From NCBI GenBank assembly GCA_000165345.1, contig CM000432.1, forward strand, positions 896,001 to 960,000: a DNA stretch of 64,000 nucleotides, given 5' to 3'. This document shows, one piece after another, positions 1-11,804 of this stretch (the first letter of the stretch is position 1; each line of letters starts with the position of its first letter). The notes below the pieces were generated by a model. The model made no database searches. It was not told the origin of the DNA and saw nothing but the letters and a program-made list of their open reading frames with translations. A program made the translations under genes and the position numbers.

Positions 1-876
1 CTCTTTCTCAATTTTTTTTTCTATAATTAAATATAAATCTTTACTTTCTCCCCCGCTTTGATTTTCAATTGCACTGTGCATCGTACCCGCCAAACACCGG
101 TACTGAATATATTACATTTTCCACATGTAAAAAAAAAAACTTTTTTTTTCTACATAAAATGATTAACTAAGTAATTATTAAGAAGAATACCTTTTGTTTC
201 TCTTTTTTTTCATACTCAATATTTTATTTGAGCTTGTTTGCAATTGAAAGTATTTAAAGGTACCACTGCTATTTCCCCACAAAAGTGTGAATATAAATAT
301 TATTGAATAAGAACAAAAAATAAATTTTTGTTAATAAATATTATTATTATTCCTAGTATATATCAGGTTTCAAAACTTAGGTAGTAAAAATGAATATAAA
401 TGAGTTCTATTATTGTGATTAGTTTGATATATTATGATAATCATTTGATAAAAGAAAAATTTGTTGAATAGTAATAAAAATCATATATTTGAGTCCAATT
501 CATATAAAAAAAAAGAAAAGTTATTTAAACTAATTTGAAAGAAGTTATAAGAGTAGTAGAATTATTATTATTAATAATTGTTTCTTCTTTATTTCAAATT
601 CATTTCTGACATGACTAATATTTGAGATAAATTGTCTCGATTTTACCGCCCAAAGTTTATATTTTTTCTAAATGCTGTTTTATAGGTGGTTTGACAAAGA
701 AGGGATTGAATAAAAAAAAGTATTTATAATCAAGTGATAAATATTTTTAATAGTAATAGCAGTAGAGATATTAAAGTAAATAAACTAGTTTTAAATGCAA
801 AATTTATATTTCTAATTTAATAATATCTTACTTATAATGAAAAAGAAAAAAACCATTATTAAAACAATTAAAAATA

Positions 877-884
877 TGGCGCCA
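877..884. promoter_or_regulatory. E2F-like palindrome TGGCGCCA
   Basis: aaatatggcgccaatattgcatg lies 440 bp upstream of the 1323 gene. Followed by a GCATGC cluster at 1062-1085 (catgcatgcatgaatgcatgcag). Confidence 0.5.
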
Positions 885-1322
885 ATATTGCATGTTGTTA
901 CCATAAATTAATAAAAGAATAATGATTATATTAAAGTATTGATCTTACAAAAATAAAATAAGAATTAAATAATAAAACAGAAATACTTTTTTCCCCAAAA
1001 GAGATTATTTATATAAAATAATTAATTGATTTTTTTTCATCCCACATTTAAATATCTACAAACATGCATGCATGAATGCATGCAGTATCTTTTGCAGTAA
1101 AGTCTAAGTATAGGCCTATTTTGATAAGATAACTCACTTTTTAGAACTCAAATTAGAGAGAAAAATTCATTAAATAAATTATATGATTAGATAAGAGCAA
1201 AAGATGATAACAAAACATGAAATTGTTAATATCTGTTCTAGTCTGAAAATTATTCTTCTAAATAATCATTAATATCTACTTTAACAAATATTGATAAATA
1301 AGATAATTCTGCTGATTCCATC

Positions 1323-2090
1323 ATGATTACTAATATTAAAGGTAACAATGCAGAACTCTGTGATTTCTATAATGATCCAAAAAGAAGAGAAAGGGAAAAC
1401 GATTACATTAATAAAGAAACATTTCCAACCCTTGATCTTTCTATAGAAGGTATCCAAGAAAGTATATCTAAAGTTTGGGATGAATGCCAACAGGGACAAG
1501 AATTATTAGAAGAAATTGATCGTATTCTTACCATTTTATACTCAAAAATTTCAGCATTTTCATCTTCAAATAATGCTTGCTTTTCATTACAATCAGTTTC
1601 TGAGTTAGATTCTCTCGTTAAAGAATATGAGATTAAAAGATCTCTTATTTATGAAACTTTGAGTGGAAAAATCAATCTAAAGAGTGAGCTGGAACTATTA
1701 TATCTTGATTTTATAAAAAAACAATTCCAAGAAACTCATATTCCATTGGAAGGTGTTCAAGAGACTACCAACATAAATCAATCTTTTTTCTCCAATAATA
1801 TAACTCAAATGTCTTCAAATTCCTGTTCTGATTGGAGTATGATCAATGAAATAGACCAAAATGCTTATTCCAGTGGTTTAGATAGCTTTGAAGATGATGA
1901 TGATCAAGATAATGAATCTATGATACTCGATATGAGCATTTCAGGTAGCCATTCAACAAATTTCGAGTATATTCATCAAACCCAGGAAGATAGGCTTGAA
2001 CAAAATGGGCAAGAGATTCTTAATGTCTTAGAGATTGAACAAGAACGTAGCGATGATGGTTTTATTCCTTCTTTTATCTTCCACTTTTAA
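1323..2090 (+). CDS. hypothetical acidic protein (255 aa), no recognisable domain
   Basis: Uninterrupted ORF from a true ATG at 1323. D/E/S-rich C-terminal half. Upstream region carries E2F-like and GCATGC motifs (877-884, 1062-1085). Confidence 0.45.
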   Translation: MITNIKGNNAELCDFYNDPKRRERENDYINKETFPTLDLSIEGIQESISKVWDECQQGQELLEEIDRILTILYSKISAFSSSNNACFSLQSVSELDSLVKEYEIKRSLIYETLSGKINLKSELELLYLDFIKKQFQETHIPLEGVQETTNINQSFFSNNITQMSSNSCSDWSMINEIDQNAYSSGLDSFEDDDDQDNESMILDMSISGSHSTNFEYIHQTQEDRLEQNGQEILNVLEIEQERSDDGFIPSFIFHF

Positions 2091-2428
2091 TGGCAATCGC
2101 ATACCATTCCAAATCAAAATAAATTATCGGGAGAATGAGAATTCGACTTCTTGCCTTTTCTCTATTTACCCAAATGGTTTTTTTTCTTGTTGATATTGAA
2201 TAAGAGCCAATAACCAAACAAGCATTTTAATGATATTTTATAGTAAAGATAATAACATTTAAACTTATTTAATGATTTACCAAAATTTCCCAAAAGAAAA
2301 CGTTACTTCTTTAATAAAAAACACGATCAGTACTCTTTTTTGTTCTCCTCTTCCTCTTTTTGAGTTAATTTATTACATTACTCGTTACCTAATTATTAAA
2401 TGATCAATATATAAAAATATGTGTTATA

Positions 2429-5400
2429 CTAAATATCTCCTTTTCTGTATGTGGTATTCAATGTATTTACAGAAGGTGGTGATGGGATTGAAACTTCCTT
2501 TACTAGTGAAATATACTGTGATATTGCCAAATTATTTATCATACTCTGATCACAAGATCCTTGTTGCTGAGATGACTGATTTTGATCAACATTTAAGTTC
2601 ACCTTTAGTGCCTCAAATAAGCTATAAAAGAGGAAATTTCCATTTGTCACAATGTTCCACCTCATTGATGAAAGATATATATTCTTTGGTTTTGAGTTAT
2701 ATAAGCCACTTATTGGTATTGTAGATTTAAACAATAACTCCAGTAAAGCTGCTCTATCCTCATCAGTTTGAGTGTTATGTTTCAAATTAGATATCAAATA
2801 ATCATCAGATATTGATGGATGCTTATTTGATATACTCTTTGGTATTTGTTGCATTACATATCTTGAAACTATGCAAGTATCTATAAAAGGATGTGTTAAA
2901 AGCTGATTCACGTTAGGCCTATTTGATGGATCCCATTGCAGTGTCCATTTTAATAAATGCCTTAATGCATCAAACCACAATGATTCATTCTCGGTTTTCT
3001 CTGAAAATGTGATTCCCATTTCTCTTGGAAATGAAATCTTGCTCTGGTCATTCTGTAAAAACATCAATATTTCATGAGGAGCTATATTCGACTTTCCAGA
3101 TGATCCACCTTTCTTGCCTCCAGCAGTTGTACTAGATGAACCTTTACTTGTATTTGATATTGGTTGTTGGAATAAATGCCTTTTGTAAGTTATTCTATAC
3201 AATATGGCACCTAAAGACCAAATATCTGCAGTTCTAGACATGACTTGATGTGGCATCCTTAACTTTGAAGCAACTGCAGCAGCAGCAAATTTACTTTCTG
3301 GTATTGTTACTGGACGAACAGTCTCTGGAGCCATAAATGGTAAAGATCCAACGGCCTTGTCTCTAAATATATGCGTTGTATCATCAGCAATAGGTCTAGA
3401 AATACCAAAATCTATAATCTTGACAGTTTTATTATGCAATTTGGACTTTTCTATACTTGTACTATTACTAGTACTATTTGAAGACGATGAAGAAGAATTA
3501 TCACCTAAAAGCTCTGAAGGAGCAACAGATGAACCACTATTTGGGTGATAAACATTCTCAATATCAAGATTTACCAAACTATCTCTCGTGTTAGGCATTC
3601 CATTTCCTTTCTTTTCCACAAAAACAAAGTTTGCTGGCTTTATATCTCCATGAACTATTCTTAAATCATGTACATTCTTTAGTGCAAGTACCATTTCTGT
3701 CCAAATAGATCTTAACACACTTATACTGGGTAATGGAGTGCTTCCTTGCAAGATCCCATTTAAGTCCTTGACCCCCAATTCCATAATTATGTCAATCGCA
3801 CCACAACTGAGTGCAATTTCCGAATCTATAAGTTGTATTACATGAGGACAACCTCTAAGCTTCTTTAGCAGATTCACTTCCTCTGTAAACATTAATAGCA
3901 ACTGCTGCTCTTCGTTATCATCGTCCTCATCCTCGTCATCTTCTTCTTCATAGACCCCATTGTCATTATTGTTAACAATACTCTTGCGAATACTTTTCCT
4001 GGATCTACCTCCACTTGGAGGACATAAATCTTTCTCCGAGTTCTTCTCTTCTTGTTCCTTGTGAGCATTACTGTGATCATGATTTTTTGTAAATACTCGA
4101 ACGCATTTAAGGGCATATAGTTCTCCCGTTTTTGACTCTTTTACTTTGTAAACCTGAGAAGATCCACCTTTTTGTATGGATGATATAATTTCATAATACT
4201 TTCCATTCACTTCCAACTTATATCCTGGGTATTTCACAGCAGGCTCTAATGAATATTTACAAACAAATGGATTTAGGCTCAAATCATTTTTTTCTGCACC
4301 ATTAGTCATATAAACTTCATTGTCTGTATCCATTCTGACAGCTGAATTATTAACGTTAGTGCAATTACCACCATTAATATTAGTATTATTAGTATTAATG
4401 TTACTGCTAGTATTACTATTTATTATATTTTTCCCACTTTCTTCAATGTTAAAACCGATCCTTCTTCCATACTCCCTTTGTCTGTTTACTTGCTGGTTAA
4501 TATTATTACTATCAATATTCATATGATCACGCATTGAATTTGTGTTATCATTTAACTTTATATGAGGTTCATCAACCCTTTGCCTTCTAATGGGTATTGG
4601 CGTTTTTGGATCGCAATTCATTGAACCATATATATTATCATTCGAGCCAGTAACATTCAACTGAGAGTTCCCAACATTAGAAGACGAATATCCACCATAT
4701 TGAGTAGAATCGTTGATCTTATTTACAGCTGGTGTAGCCGCCATTGTTGAGGATGTTGTAGAACTTAAAGAAAATACATGTGCCCTCCCTCCTAACCTCT
4801 TCGATGGAACATATCTTATTGCAGCACGGTGAGATTCAACCGGTTTAGCTGAAGTACTACTACTGGACGATGAATCCTCAATAGTTGATGTTGTTTCTAC
4901 TCCAGAGGAAGAGTTTCCACTATTTTGATGATTATGATTATGACCTATATTTTGATTCTGAGTCAATGTTACAATTTGTTCCAAATTTATGTCTCTAGGT
5001 GACTTAATAGACCCTCCTGATTTACTTTTTTGCATAATAGATGTAAATTGTGTAGTAACAGCCGTTAATAAAGCTTCAGGTTCAGATTTATAGAATCTTC
5101 CTTGCTCAATCCTTTTCATTCCTTCCTTAGCTGCATTATATATTAAACTACCATTCGAAAAAGTCTCACTTTGTTTTCTGGAGTTGTTAAGAAAGTCCAA
5201 AACTGCCCACAAACCCCATATTCTTGAATCTTTCTGACCTACTGGTTGTAAGGAAATCTCATTTAATAAATCTGTACCTATTTCTAGCTCTCCAAGATCT
5301 GGATCTGAGTTCTCACTCTCATTCTCCGACAGAGAACTCCAACAACTTACAATGGTTGCTTCCAAATACAACTCTACATGCTCTTCTGTCCACTTTATCG

Positions 5401-5668
5401 GTAGTTTTGCATTAGCTGCCTCTACTGCATTACGATAAACATAAGATAAGCTCAATGAAATAGTTGAAGGTACCTCGCTTGGCCTGCATAAACCCCAATT
5501 TGGAGGTCCTGATGACAAATTAAATGGAAATGAACTTCTTACTAATCTGTACAACTTTCCATCACAGGCATCATGATGTAAAAATCCCAATATACTTGTT
5601 ATATCTCCCTTTGATAATTCAGAGAGTCGACGCAAGTCTCTCTCAATAACACTCGTCCAATCCATCAT
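2429..5668 (-). CDS. MPS1: Ser/Thr protein kinase, MPS1/TTK-like, with a long N-terminal extension and S/N-rich low-complexity inserts
   Basis: 1079-aa ORF. Gly-loop IQKGGSSQVYKV, Lys in YALKCV, catalytic loop IVHGDIKPANFVFV (MPS1 has HSDLKPANF), DFG as IIDFGIS. Activation segment DDTTHIFRDKAVGSLPFMAPE and DIWSLGAILY resemble the MPS1 T-T-x-x-x-D-x-x-VGT-x-x-YMPPE pattern. ATG checked at 5668 (rc atgatggattgg). Confidence 0.8.
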   Translation of the reverse strand: MMDWTSVIERDLRRLSELSKGDITSILGFLHHDACDGKLYRLVRSSFPFNLSSGPPNWGLCRPSEVPSTISLSLSYVYRNAVEAANAKLPIKWTEEHVELYLEATIVSCWSSLSENESENSDPDLGELEIGTDLLNEISLQPVGQKDSRIWGLWAVLDFLNNSRKQSETFSNGSLIYNAAKEGMKRIEQGRFYKSEPEALLTAVTTQFTSIMQKSKSGGSIKSPRDINLEQIVTLTQNQNIGHNHNHQNSGNSSSGVETTSTIEDSSSSSSTSAKPVESHRAAIRYVPSKRLGGRAHVFSLSSTTSSTMAATPAVNKINDSTQYGGYSSSNVGNSQLNVTGSNDNIYGSMNCDPKTPIPIRRQRVDEPHIKLNDNTNSMRDHMNIDSNNINQQVNRQREYGRRIGFNIEESGKNIINSNTSSNINTNNTNINGGNCTNVNNSAVRMDTDNEVYMTNGAEKNDLSLNPFVCKYSLEPAVKYPGYKLEVNGKYYEIISSIQKGGSSQVYKVKESKTGELYALKCVRVFTKNHDHSNAHKEQEEKNSEKDLCPPSGGRSRKSIRKSIVNNNDNGVYEEEDDEDEDDDNEEQQLLLMFTEEVNLLKKLRGCPHVIQLIDSEIALSCGAIDIIMELGVKDLNGILQGSTPLPSISVLRSIWTEMVLALKNVHDLRIVHGDIKPANFVFVEKKGNGMPNTRDSLVNLDIENVYHPNSGSSVAPSELLGDNSSSSSSNSTSNSTSIEKSKLHNKTVKIIDFGISRPIADDTTHIFRDKAVGSLPFMAPETVRPVTIPESKFAAAAVASKLRMPHQVMSRTADIWSLGAILYRITYKRHLFQQPISNTSKGSSSTTAGGKKGGSSGKSNIAPHEILMFLQNDQSKISFPREMGITFSEKTENESLWFDALRHLLKWTLQWDPSNRPNVNQLLTHPFIDTCIVSRYVMQQIPKSISNKHPSISDDYLISNLKHNTQTDEDRAALLELLFKSTIPISGLYNSKPKNIYLSSMRWNIVTNGNFLFYSLFEALKVNLNVDQNQSSQQQGSCDQSMINNLAISQYISLVKEVSIPSPPSVNTLNTTYRKGDI

Positions 5669-6734
5669 TCACCTATTATTAAATCCATTAATTTACCAAA
5701 ATTTGCTACCTTAATAATTTATCCAAAAGCAATTAAAAGAATGGATAGGTAATAAAGATAGAATGATAAAAATGTTATACCTATAATTATGGCCTTTGTT
5801 TATTTATTATTTCGCTATGTTTATCTTTGCCACCCCACAAATTCCTTTCTTTTCTTACTTTAGCTGGGAACCTTAGTATTAATAGTTGCTAGTATCACTT
5901 CACTCGGAAATTTAATGAGAAAATGTCTTAATCTTTTATTAGAGTTGCATGAATTATCCTTTTTTATTTACTTTGCTTTTCTTATCCTATTCTTGTTATT
6001 CTTTTTTTTTTTTGATAAAGTTCTTACATTCCCACATTTAATAGAGTTCGCGCCTTTTTACCGCATATTACTTACGTATTTATGATTTAAATATGATATT
6101 ATGGTAAAATAAATATAAATTTAAGTTCCTATTCTTTTTCCTTCTTTCTCGAATATTTATCTTTATATTTAGAATATAGATGGGATATTATAACTAGTTA
6201 TTGTTATTGTAATTTTAAGCAACACTCTGAATTTCTATTCAAAGTTGTAGAAATTAATTTGTTTTCTTGATAGATTCTCAGAATTTCGACTCATTATTGG
6301 CATCTTTCTAATGATATTTTTAAATAAATTCCATTTTTATTCGTATATTCAAAGATAGAAAATATTCTAAAATAGAACAGAAATTGTAATTTTTTATTTT
6401 TTTTTGTTTTTAGAAAATTTAATTCTTGGTTTGAAATTAACTAGATTATTGCTATCTGCTTCCACGTAATTAAATGCATGCATGTGAGCAAATTTTTAAA
6501 AAAATATTCATGTGGAAGGCCGGTATTGAATGAGTGAGTGGCGTAATTACATGCAATTATTGCAAATGAATGCAAAAAAAAATGTGCATGCTGTTTATAT
6601 ATTTTTAATATATAAAAAAAAAAAACAAAATGGAAATAAAGTTGAATAACATTTCTAATTTACAAATATATCAATAATGACTAATTATATTTAAATTTGA
6701 AACAAAGCTAAAGATCATACTCTGAATTTGGAAA

Positions 6735-9700
6735 TTATAATAAAAATGACTGACAAAGCCAATTCAAAGAATCAATATCATATGGAATATCATCCTCAAG
6801 AATTGCATGTTCACCTTGGTAATGACTTGGATTGAGAGCAATACTTAGAGATGCATTAAAAGCTTGAACAGAAATAACTGAATTATTCGAATAAATTGTT
6901 GGACTGATTTCTTTAACAATTGAATTATATCTTTCTCTAAGCTGTAAATATGAAATATCTCCCAATGGAGGAAGAATTGAAGGGCTATTTTCCGCATCAT
7001 CAGAAGTGATTGTAGAAGGAGTATTTTCGCCATTATTTGAATTTATCGCATTTATTTTAAACTTTAGTTTGGTAAAATTATCCTCAACTCTAAACTCAAA
7101 TTCAATACTATCTTGAATTTCAAACATTTTTTGTGGTATCATATGTAATACTGGCTTCCAAAATGTTGTTTTATGATAACAAATCTTTTTATTAAGATCA
7201 TTTTGAATACTTTCCATTGGTATGGTATTTTCAGTTAACTCATTTATTGCAGAATTTACAGAATTTGATGAAGAAGTTGTTGTTGGAGTATTTTCTTCCA
7301 AATAATTAAAAGAGTTGATCCTTTCAGTATTATCAACAAATAATGGGCTTGTTGTAAGCACATTTCCATCATCAATCCAAAGATCAAAGAAAACTACAAC
7401 CGAATTAACTCTTCCTTGCTTAATTATTTTCGAGTTTATCTCCTTCTTCCAATCAGAAAGCTTTAAAAATTCTTCAGAATTCAAATCTAATGTTAAAATA
7501 TGGAAAATTTTGCTCATTTCAGATATGTTATACTTATTATTATTTTTAATAGGAATCCATTGTGAGTTTCCTTCGAATCTATAAGTATCCCAAAAACTTA
7601 TATCAATATTATGTTCATCACATAAATTTGGACCAATTCTCGCAACAAATCCATAAAATGAAATTCTATTTGGTACTGGAATATTTGGAACCTTATTATT
7701 ATTATATTTTCTTACTAATCCATTACTAAATGCAGTTCCCCAAAGTGGAATTATTCCTTCGCTTAGACCATCATGGTCAAAATTCAATCCAGTAAATAAT
7801 CTAACCTTTTCCTCAACAAAGTAATATTGAATATTACTTGTATTTGGACCAATATTTGCAGTTTTTGGTAATATTTGCCTTACATCACAATTAAAAAACG
7901 TTAATCTTTCAGATAGCTTTTTATTTAAGATATGCTTTGCTGAAGAGTTATTCGAAATCCATTGATAATACTTCATCTTTTCTTGGTATTCTTTTTCTTT
8001 ATTCAGATTCTCCAAACCACGACAATCTTCTGAAACTTCACTCATTGGTTTCCAGTATTTTGATTGGTTTGCTTCCAAATTATCATTTAAAGACATATCA
8101 TGATTATATAGTTTTTTTATTTCATTTTCAACAACATCAGAAAGTAAAATATGGAGATTATCTTTAATTATTTTCATATATAAATCTTGAACATTTGGAA
8201 GATTTTCAATACAAGTAAAATGGAAATCAGATTTTTTCCAATTACTATATAAGTTATTTTGTGTTGATTTATTCATTTTAGAGCTTATAAAAAGTAATAT
8301 CATTGGTAATATAGCTCCAGGAGATGTTGAAGTTATTAATCCTTCAAATATTTTACCAGCAGTATTATGTATTATTGAGGATTTGTAATTATTGATTAAA
8401 GCATTGGATAACATTTCTATGGATTTTGTATCCCATAAGTATTCTATAACACTTCTTGGTAATGAAGTTGAGAATTTATTTGGTAATTTGTATTTAATCA
8501 ACTGTTCCTTTTTCAATAGACTTAGAGATTCAGCATTGGGATTAATTACTATTCGAGTTTCTTCAATTTGGAAATCAAACTTAATTTTTACTGCATTATT
8601 CAGATTATCATTTGTAATATTACCTCCAATCCAATTAATTGCTGGAGGAATAATTGACTCCATTCCAATTTGATTAATATCACGAGAAGAATCTATTAAT
8701 AAAATCTCTTCATCATTAAGTTCTTTAATGGCCTTAAAACTGAGTAATATTGAGTTTATTTGAGTATTTGGTTCAAGTAAATAATCTATTGTTCCATTAT
8801 AAGTTTGCTTATCTGCATCATTTTCATCTTTACATTCAATTCTTGAAATGGTAAAATTTTCACTGGAAATTGAATTTAAAGTAAAGTAATTCATTTTATT
8901 CTTATTTAGCATTTCCTCTAATGGTAAATAACCTAATAAAATTGGTTTTGAAATATATTTGATATGTGAATATGCATTATTCACTTTAAATGCTTCCCAA
9001 TAAGGAGACCAAAGGCCTTCATTAAGTCTGCTCATATTAATTTCAGAAATACTTTGATTCTCTAAATTTAATGATGGAATATTTATATCAGAAAATTGAA
9101 TATAAACTTTAATTAAGCTTGGAGTAACAGAAATATTCATTTTTTGTTCATTTCCAACAATATTACTTCTATTAATATTTATTGGTATACTTTTTAAGTT
9201 TGGAATTAAACCATAACCTAGAATTCCTGGCTCGAAAATGCTTGGATCAATTATTATGGAATTTGGATTAAATATATTCCAAAATTCAGACTTCAAATGT
9301 TGAACATTTCCATGAATTATTTTCAAGGATTTATTTTCATTGGATTCTGAACTTAATTCATCAGAAGAGATTTTTTGTGATGATTCAAAATCTTTCAAGA
9401 ATTCTGAATGATACAAGTTAAAGTTTGCGAATTTGACATTATTAGATAATGAAATGTTTGAATATAAACGATGAATTATTGATGAACTGGACTTTGCTTG
9501 GGTTATTGCAATAATATTACTACTCATTCCGAACTTTCTATAATAATTTACTGGTAAAATAAAAGATCCAGTACCAATAAAAACAACATTTTCTGCATTC
9601 AATTTATTCAAAAGATTAATCCAATTGTCTGCATATAAATAATATTGATCAACAAAATTCTCAATAATTCTCTTAAACCATTGTATTTCTGAAGAAATCT

Positions 9701-10664
9701 GAAGTAATCTAGAAATTCCTTTAATATTATCACTTTCGGAATCTTTTGGATCAGATTTAATAAATTTCATGGATGGTTCAAAAATTAATTTGTCACCATA
9801 TTTAGATTTAGCCCTTTTCTTCTTATTTTGGTTTTCTGTATTGCTGTCTAATGGAATTGTTCCTCCCAATGAAAGCTTTAAATTCTCAATTTCTTCTTGG
9901 GAAAGGTCAGGAGAAAGCTCTAATTGAAGATTTTCATGATTTCCAATTGAAGAAGCAAATTCTTCATTTCCAGATAACATGCTACTAAAGTTTGAAGGCA
10001 AATTGATGATATTCTGAGAATTGGGTAGTTCTTCTTGAGAGTTATTTTTTGCATTTTCTGCAAGTTCCTCAAGCTCTAACTCCCTTAAAGCCTCCTCAAA
10101 TCTGGAGTAATCTACTGTAACTCGTTTTAATGCATTGTTGTGGTCAGCCTTCTTTTCGCAAATCTTTATCAGGTTTTCTATTTCTTTAATTGAATTTTCA
10201 TTATTACTCTCATTTTCTCGTTTTAGGGCTGCTTTAAACACAATTACAGCTTTATCAAATATATTAAGATAATATAATGCTTTTCCAGCTCTGTACCATC
10301 CTTTGGACCAGTTTGGATTTAATAAAATACATTCCTTTGCATCTTGAAAAGCTTTACTATAGTTATCTTCTTGCCCTAGTTTTAAGTAGCATTGACTTCT
10401 ATTTGATAATAACTTGGAAAGTTCTATTTTATCTTCATCCTTCAGGTCTATCTTATATCCAGAAATTGCTTGCGTAAATGAATTTATTGCATCAATATAT
10501 TTACCCTTACCAAACTCTATCTTTCCTTGTTCTGTAAATTTACCTAGAGAATATTTTACTATTCCAGGATCTATTCCTTTAAGTGTGGATTGTATTCCTG
10601 ATAAGTTGCCATTCCCAAGCTCGCTCATTAATTTGCAGACCGTGTCCTCAATATTAGGGTTCAT
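6735..10664 (-). CDS. large TPR-repeat protein (1309 aa) with a possible class-I SAM methyltransferase (PRMT-like) fold, PRMT9-like architecture
   Basis: N-terminal TPR-like repeats (AINSFTQAISGYK...GWYRAGKALYYLNIFDKAVIVFKAALK). Downstream segment VVFIGTGSFILPVNYY...NNVKFANFNLYHSE resembles PRMT motif I (VLDIGTGTGLLS) and post-I. ATG checked at 10664. Confidence 0.6.
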   Translation of the reverse strand: MNPNIEDTVCKLMSELGNGNLSGIQSTLKGIDPGIVKYSLGKFTEQGKIEFGKGKYIDAINSFTQAISGYKIDLKDEDKIELSKLLSNRSQCYLKLGQEDNYSKAFQDAKECILLNPNWSKGWYRAGKALYYLNIFDKAVIVFKAALKRENESNNENSIKEIENLIKICEKKADHNNALKRVTVDYSRFEEALRELELEELAENAKNNSQEELPNSQNIINLPSNFSSMLSGNEEFASSIGNHENLQLELSPDLSQEEIENLKLSLGGTIPLDSNTENQNKKKRAKSKYGDKLIFEPSMKFIKSDPKDSESDNIKGISRLLQISSEIQWFKRIIENFVDQYYLYADNWINLLNKLNAENVVFIGTGSFILPVNYYRKFGMSSNIIAITQAKSSSSIIHRLYSNISLSNNVKFANFNLYHSEFLKDFESSQKISSDELSSESNENKSLKIIHGNVQHLKSEFWNIFNPNSIIIDPSIFEPGILGYGLIPNLKSIPININRSNIVGNEQKMNISVTPSLIKVYIQFSDINIPSLNLENQSISEINMSRLNEGLWSPYWEAFKVNNAYSHIKYISKPILLGYLPLEEMLNKNKMNYFTLNSISSENFTISRIECKDENDADKQTYNGTIDYLLEPNTQINSILLSFKAIKELNDEEILLIDSSRDINQIGMESIIPPAINWIGGNITNDNLNNAVKIKFDFQIEETRIVINPNAESLSLLKKEQLIKYKLPNKFSTSLPRSVIEYLWDTKSIEMLSNALINNYKSSIIHNTAGKIFEGLITSTSPGAILPMILLFISSKMNKSTQNNLYSNWKKSDFHFTCIENLPNVQDLYMKIIKDNLHILLSDVVENEIKKLYNHDMSLNDNLEANQSKYWKPMSEVSEDCRGLENLNKEKEYQEKMKYYQWISNNSSAKHILNKKLSERLTFFNCDVRQILPKTANIGPNTSNIQYYFVEEKVRLFTGLNFDHDGLSEGIIPLWGTAFSNGLVRKYNNNKVPNIPVPNRISFYGFVARIGPNLCDEHNIDISFWDTYRFEGNSQWIPIKNNNKYNISEMSKIFHILTLDLNSEEFLKLSDWKKEINSKIIKQGRVNSVVVFFDLWIDDGNVLTTSPLFVDNTERINSFNYLEENTPTTTSSSNSVNSAINELTENTIPMESIQNDLNKKICYHKTTFWKPVLHMIPQKMFEIQDSIEFEFRVEDNFTKLKFKINAINSNNGENTPSTITSDDAENSPSILPPLGDISYLQLRERYNSIVKEISPTIYSNNSVISVQAFNASLSIALNPSHYQGEHAILEDDIPYDIDSLNWLCQSFLL

Positions 10665-11804
10665 TTTCTTATTCTCTTTTTTTTCCCCCTATATTTTCAA
10701 GTAGAATAAAAAAAAAAAGCAAAAACCTAATTTAATTAAAGTTTTTATCAAATTTAAAAAGAACAAAAAAACCTTAATTTTTTTTTCTATAAAAGTAATT
10801 GACATTGCATTTATATTGCAGTTGTGCATAACAATAAGTTACCGGCATTTATAACTAAGTTTCGTGTTATTTTCTATTAATTCCTCTTGTGGGGGCAAAA
10901 AATAAGGAGACTCCTAAACTATTCTATTATTTAAATTAGTACTAAAATTAATAGTTTTACTATTTTTATTTATTAGAAGACGTGAAGTATTATTATTAAT
11001 AAAAAATAATTTATTTAAAATTGACACACATCAGGCGGGCTCTGCCCAACAAATTAATTTAAGAAAATGCAGCTTTAATGTTAGAGCATTTAAATACTTA
11101 TAATTATTTCATAAGAAGACGTCAATTTGAATTGTTGTTTAGCAATATTAATCCTTTATAATTCTCTCTTTATTTTTATTAACTCTGAAGACAACTATTA
11201 ATGGTTTTTTTGTTAAAACCAAATAATTATTATCCTAAATTATATTATCCTCGCATTTTGCTTTATATTACGTAATTACATGTAATAATTACAATTATTT
11301 GCATGCATATTTGTTTTCTGTTAGAGTTTTGTAATGTGGCAATGAAATTATTAAATTACATACCGGTGTTCAAGTTGGAAAATTATGTGTCACAATAACA
11401 TTTATTTACAAAAACTATTAATATTATTTTATTCTTAAATAAAAACATTATGAAATATTTATTTATTATTGATCATTATTTCTTTTCAATTTTTGAAAAA
11501 ACATTGTAATATCTTGATAAATTCTTTCTCTAAATAAATATAATTTGTGTAAAATTAGAAACAATAAAAATCAATAGGTAGAATAATAGCTGTAAGATAA
11601 TAGGAGAAATGAAATAAGGTAATTGTAAGGAAAAAAAAAGTTGAAAAGTTTATATTCTAGATTTATTAGAATAATAATATTAATAGTAGTTTGCGAAATA
11701 TAGGTGAATTCTATGTATTGACAAGAAGGAATTCGCGAAAAGAAAACTTGAAATTCAAGAAATTCCTCCATATAAAAACTCCCATCACTTTGGTGGAGAT
11801 AAAT

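Noticed and set aside
2419-2724. 101-aa plus-strand ORF and several other 60-120-aa ORFs lying antisense inside large genes (for example 3357..3548, 7315..7584, 16462..16704, 20998..21237, 28217..28567, 42644..43117, 49921..50184)
   Set aside because: All are embedded opposite well-supported long CDSs and have low-complexity, hydrophobic or repeat-like translations with no start context. They are by-products of AT-rich sequence.
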